Of a stretch of 38,625 nt of DNA, positions 37,703 through 38,625 are shown piece by piece. Each line of letters begins with the position of its first letter. Positions within the stretch are counted from its first letter, which is position 1. Source of the stretch: Nitrospinota bacterium. Its GTDB lineage: Bacteria > UBA8248. The notes below the pieces were generated by a model. The model did not search any database and was not told where the DNA came from. It saw only the letters and a program-made list of their open reading frames with translations. The stretch is from NCBI GenBank assembly GCA_036231405.1, contig JAZAHK010000018.1, forward strand, positions 1-38,625. The letters are read 5' to 3'. The translations under genes were made by a program, and so were the position numbers.

Positions 37703-38461
37703 TTAAGGCATTTCACCTAAAGTATATTGAATTATCGATATTATAGAAATGGGAGCTGTATCCGCACGGAGAATTCTTGGTCCGAGTGAAACAGGAATAA
37801 ATCCAGCTTGAATGACTCTTTCAGATTCATTCGGAGACAAGTCTCCCTCTGGTCCGGTGAGAACAGAAATTGAAATCCTTTTTTCAGATTTGTCTATTCT
37901 AAGAGCATCATGAAGAATTTGTTGATTTTCTCCTATGTAACCAAAAATTTTCAGGTCATCTTTCCTTGTTTCAAAAATAAATTCTTCTAAATTTAGCAAA
38001 GGTTTTTTAATAGGAGGAGGAATTCTGTTGCATTGTCTTGAAGATTCATAAATTATTCTGTTCCATCTTTCCTCCCTTTGTTTTTTTCTTTTTTCTGGAA
38101 TTCTAACTTCACATCTTTCTAGTGTAAGAGGATAGAAAATGTCTACTCCAAGTTCTGTCCCTTTCTCAAGTACTTTTTCAAAGCGATCTCCCTTTATTAG
38201 GGGAATACCAAGTGATATTCTAATTGAAGATTTTTTACTGTTCATAATTTCATCTACCACTCTTAAGACTATTTTCTCTTTGGTAATACTTTCAATTTTG
38301 GAAAAGTATTCTTGTCCATTTGAATTCCCCACCCTGCATTCTTCTCCTGATTGCATTCTTAACACTTCACGGATGTGGTGTGCCTCGTCTCCTCCTATTG
38401 TAATTAATTTGTCTTCATTTGGTTTTTCTTCTGTGTAGAAAAGTCTTAGTGATTTATTCAA
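37703..38461 (-). CDS. rsmE: 16S rRNA m3U1498 methyltransferase
   Basis: HHIREVLR, KGTELGV, SSRQC, GPEGD, SLGPRILRADTA. Confidence 0.93.
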   Translation of the reverse strand: MNKSLRLFYTEEKPNEDKLITIGGDEAHHIREVLRMQSGEECRVGNSNGQEYFSKIESITKEKIVLRVVDEIMNSKKSSIRISLGIPLIKGDRFEKVLEKGTELGVDIFYPLTLERCEVRIPEKRKKQREERWNRIIYESSRQCNRIPPPIKKPLLNLEEFIFETRKDDLKIFGYIGENQQILHDALRIDKSEKRISISVLTGPEGDLSPNESERVIQAGFIPVSLGPRILRADTAPISIISIIQYTLGEMP

Positions 38462-38625
38462 ATTTTTTAAACTCCATCCTAGACCAGTTTAGTTCAGATT
38501 TTTTTGATACTAATTTCAAGTCTGAATTCTCGCAAATTTTGGAAAAACCCCCACATTGTTTTGGTGTTATTCCAGATATGAATAGCCTTCCTTTAAGATT
38601 TAGAATTTCTCCAAATAGAGGAAAA
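38454..38625 (-). CDS. prmA: C-terminus of probable ribosomal protein L11 methyltransferase (partial; not in the ORF track)
   Basis: Manual translation ...LNLKGRLFISGITPKQ...ELNWSRMEFKKFE* resembles the PrmA C-terminus (G.L..SGI...W). It overlaps the rsmE start, matching common prmA-rsmE synteny. Confidence 0.7.
   Translation of the reverse strand, partial: FPLFGEILNLKGRLFISGITPKQCGGFSKICENSDLKLVSKKSELNWSRMEFKKFE

Noticed and set aside
495-38438. Numerous short 60-147 aa ORFs nested in or antisense to larger genes
   Set aside because: They overlap well-supported genes and show no recognisable motifs, so they are treated as shadow ORFs
37703-38625. Possible PrmA-RsmE fusion
   Set aside because: Careful frame counting shows the upstream ORF ends at TAA (38454-38456) in a different frame; it is only an 8-nt overlap
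1-38625. CRISPR arrays, tRNA/rRNA genes, IS elements, tandem repeats
   Set aside because: Intergenic gaps are short and AT-rich, and I saw no repeat-spacer periodicity, cloverleaf motifs or transposase ORFs by eye

Overview
A 38.6-kb, AT-rich, tightly packed chromosomal segment from a diderm bacterium (Mla transporter, LpxL-type acyltransferase, lipoproteins, Tat substrate). The gene mix suggests a deltaproteobacterial or Nitrospinota/Tectomicrobia-like lineage, but that is inference only. Most genes are housekeeping: mlaE/mlaD, an EF-G paralog, pyrE, amidase-GerMN, bioA, thiS-thiG-thiE under a TPP riboswitch, acs, nadK, dtd, fabG-acpS-lpxL, purD, rsmE and partial prmA. There is also a CUT1-type ABC importer with neighbouring catabolic enzymes. 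I saw no mobile element, CRISPR array, tRNA or rRNA. The main result is a selenoprotein hidden from the ORF track: the two short minus-strand ORFs at 14763-15296 are one 177-aa gene. It has an in-frame UGA in a U-G-S-C-S-S-C motif, followed directly by a SECIS-like hairpin, and is translationally coupled to a 347-aa partner of unknown function. Its C-terminal half resembles the active-site region of glycine/proline reductase selenoprotein B (GrdB/PrdB). Other observations: several probable pseudo-enzymes, a pseudo-receiver regulator, a probable non-canonical AUA start for thiE, a recycling-type EF-G paralog, an EndoIII-like Fe-S tail on a TIGR02757 protein and a PAC2 protein.
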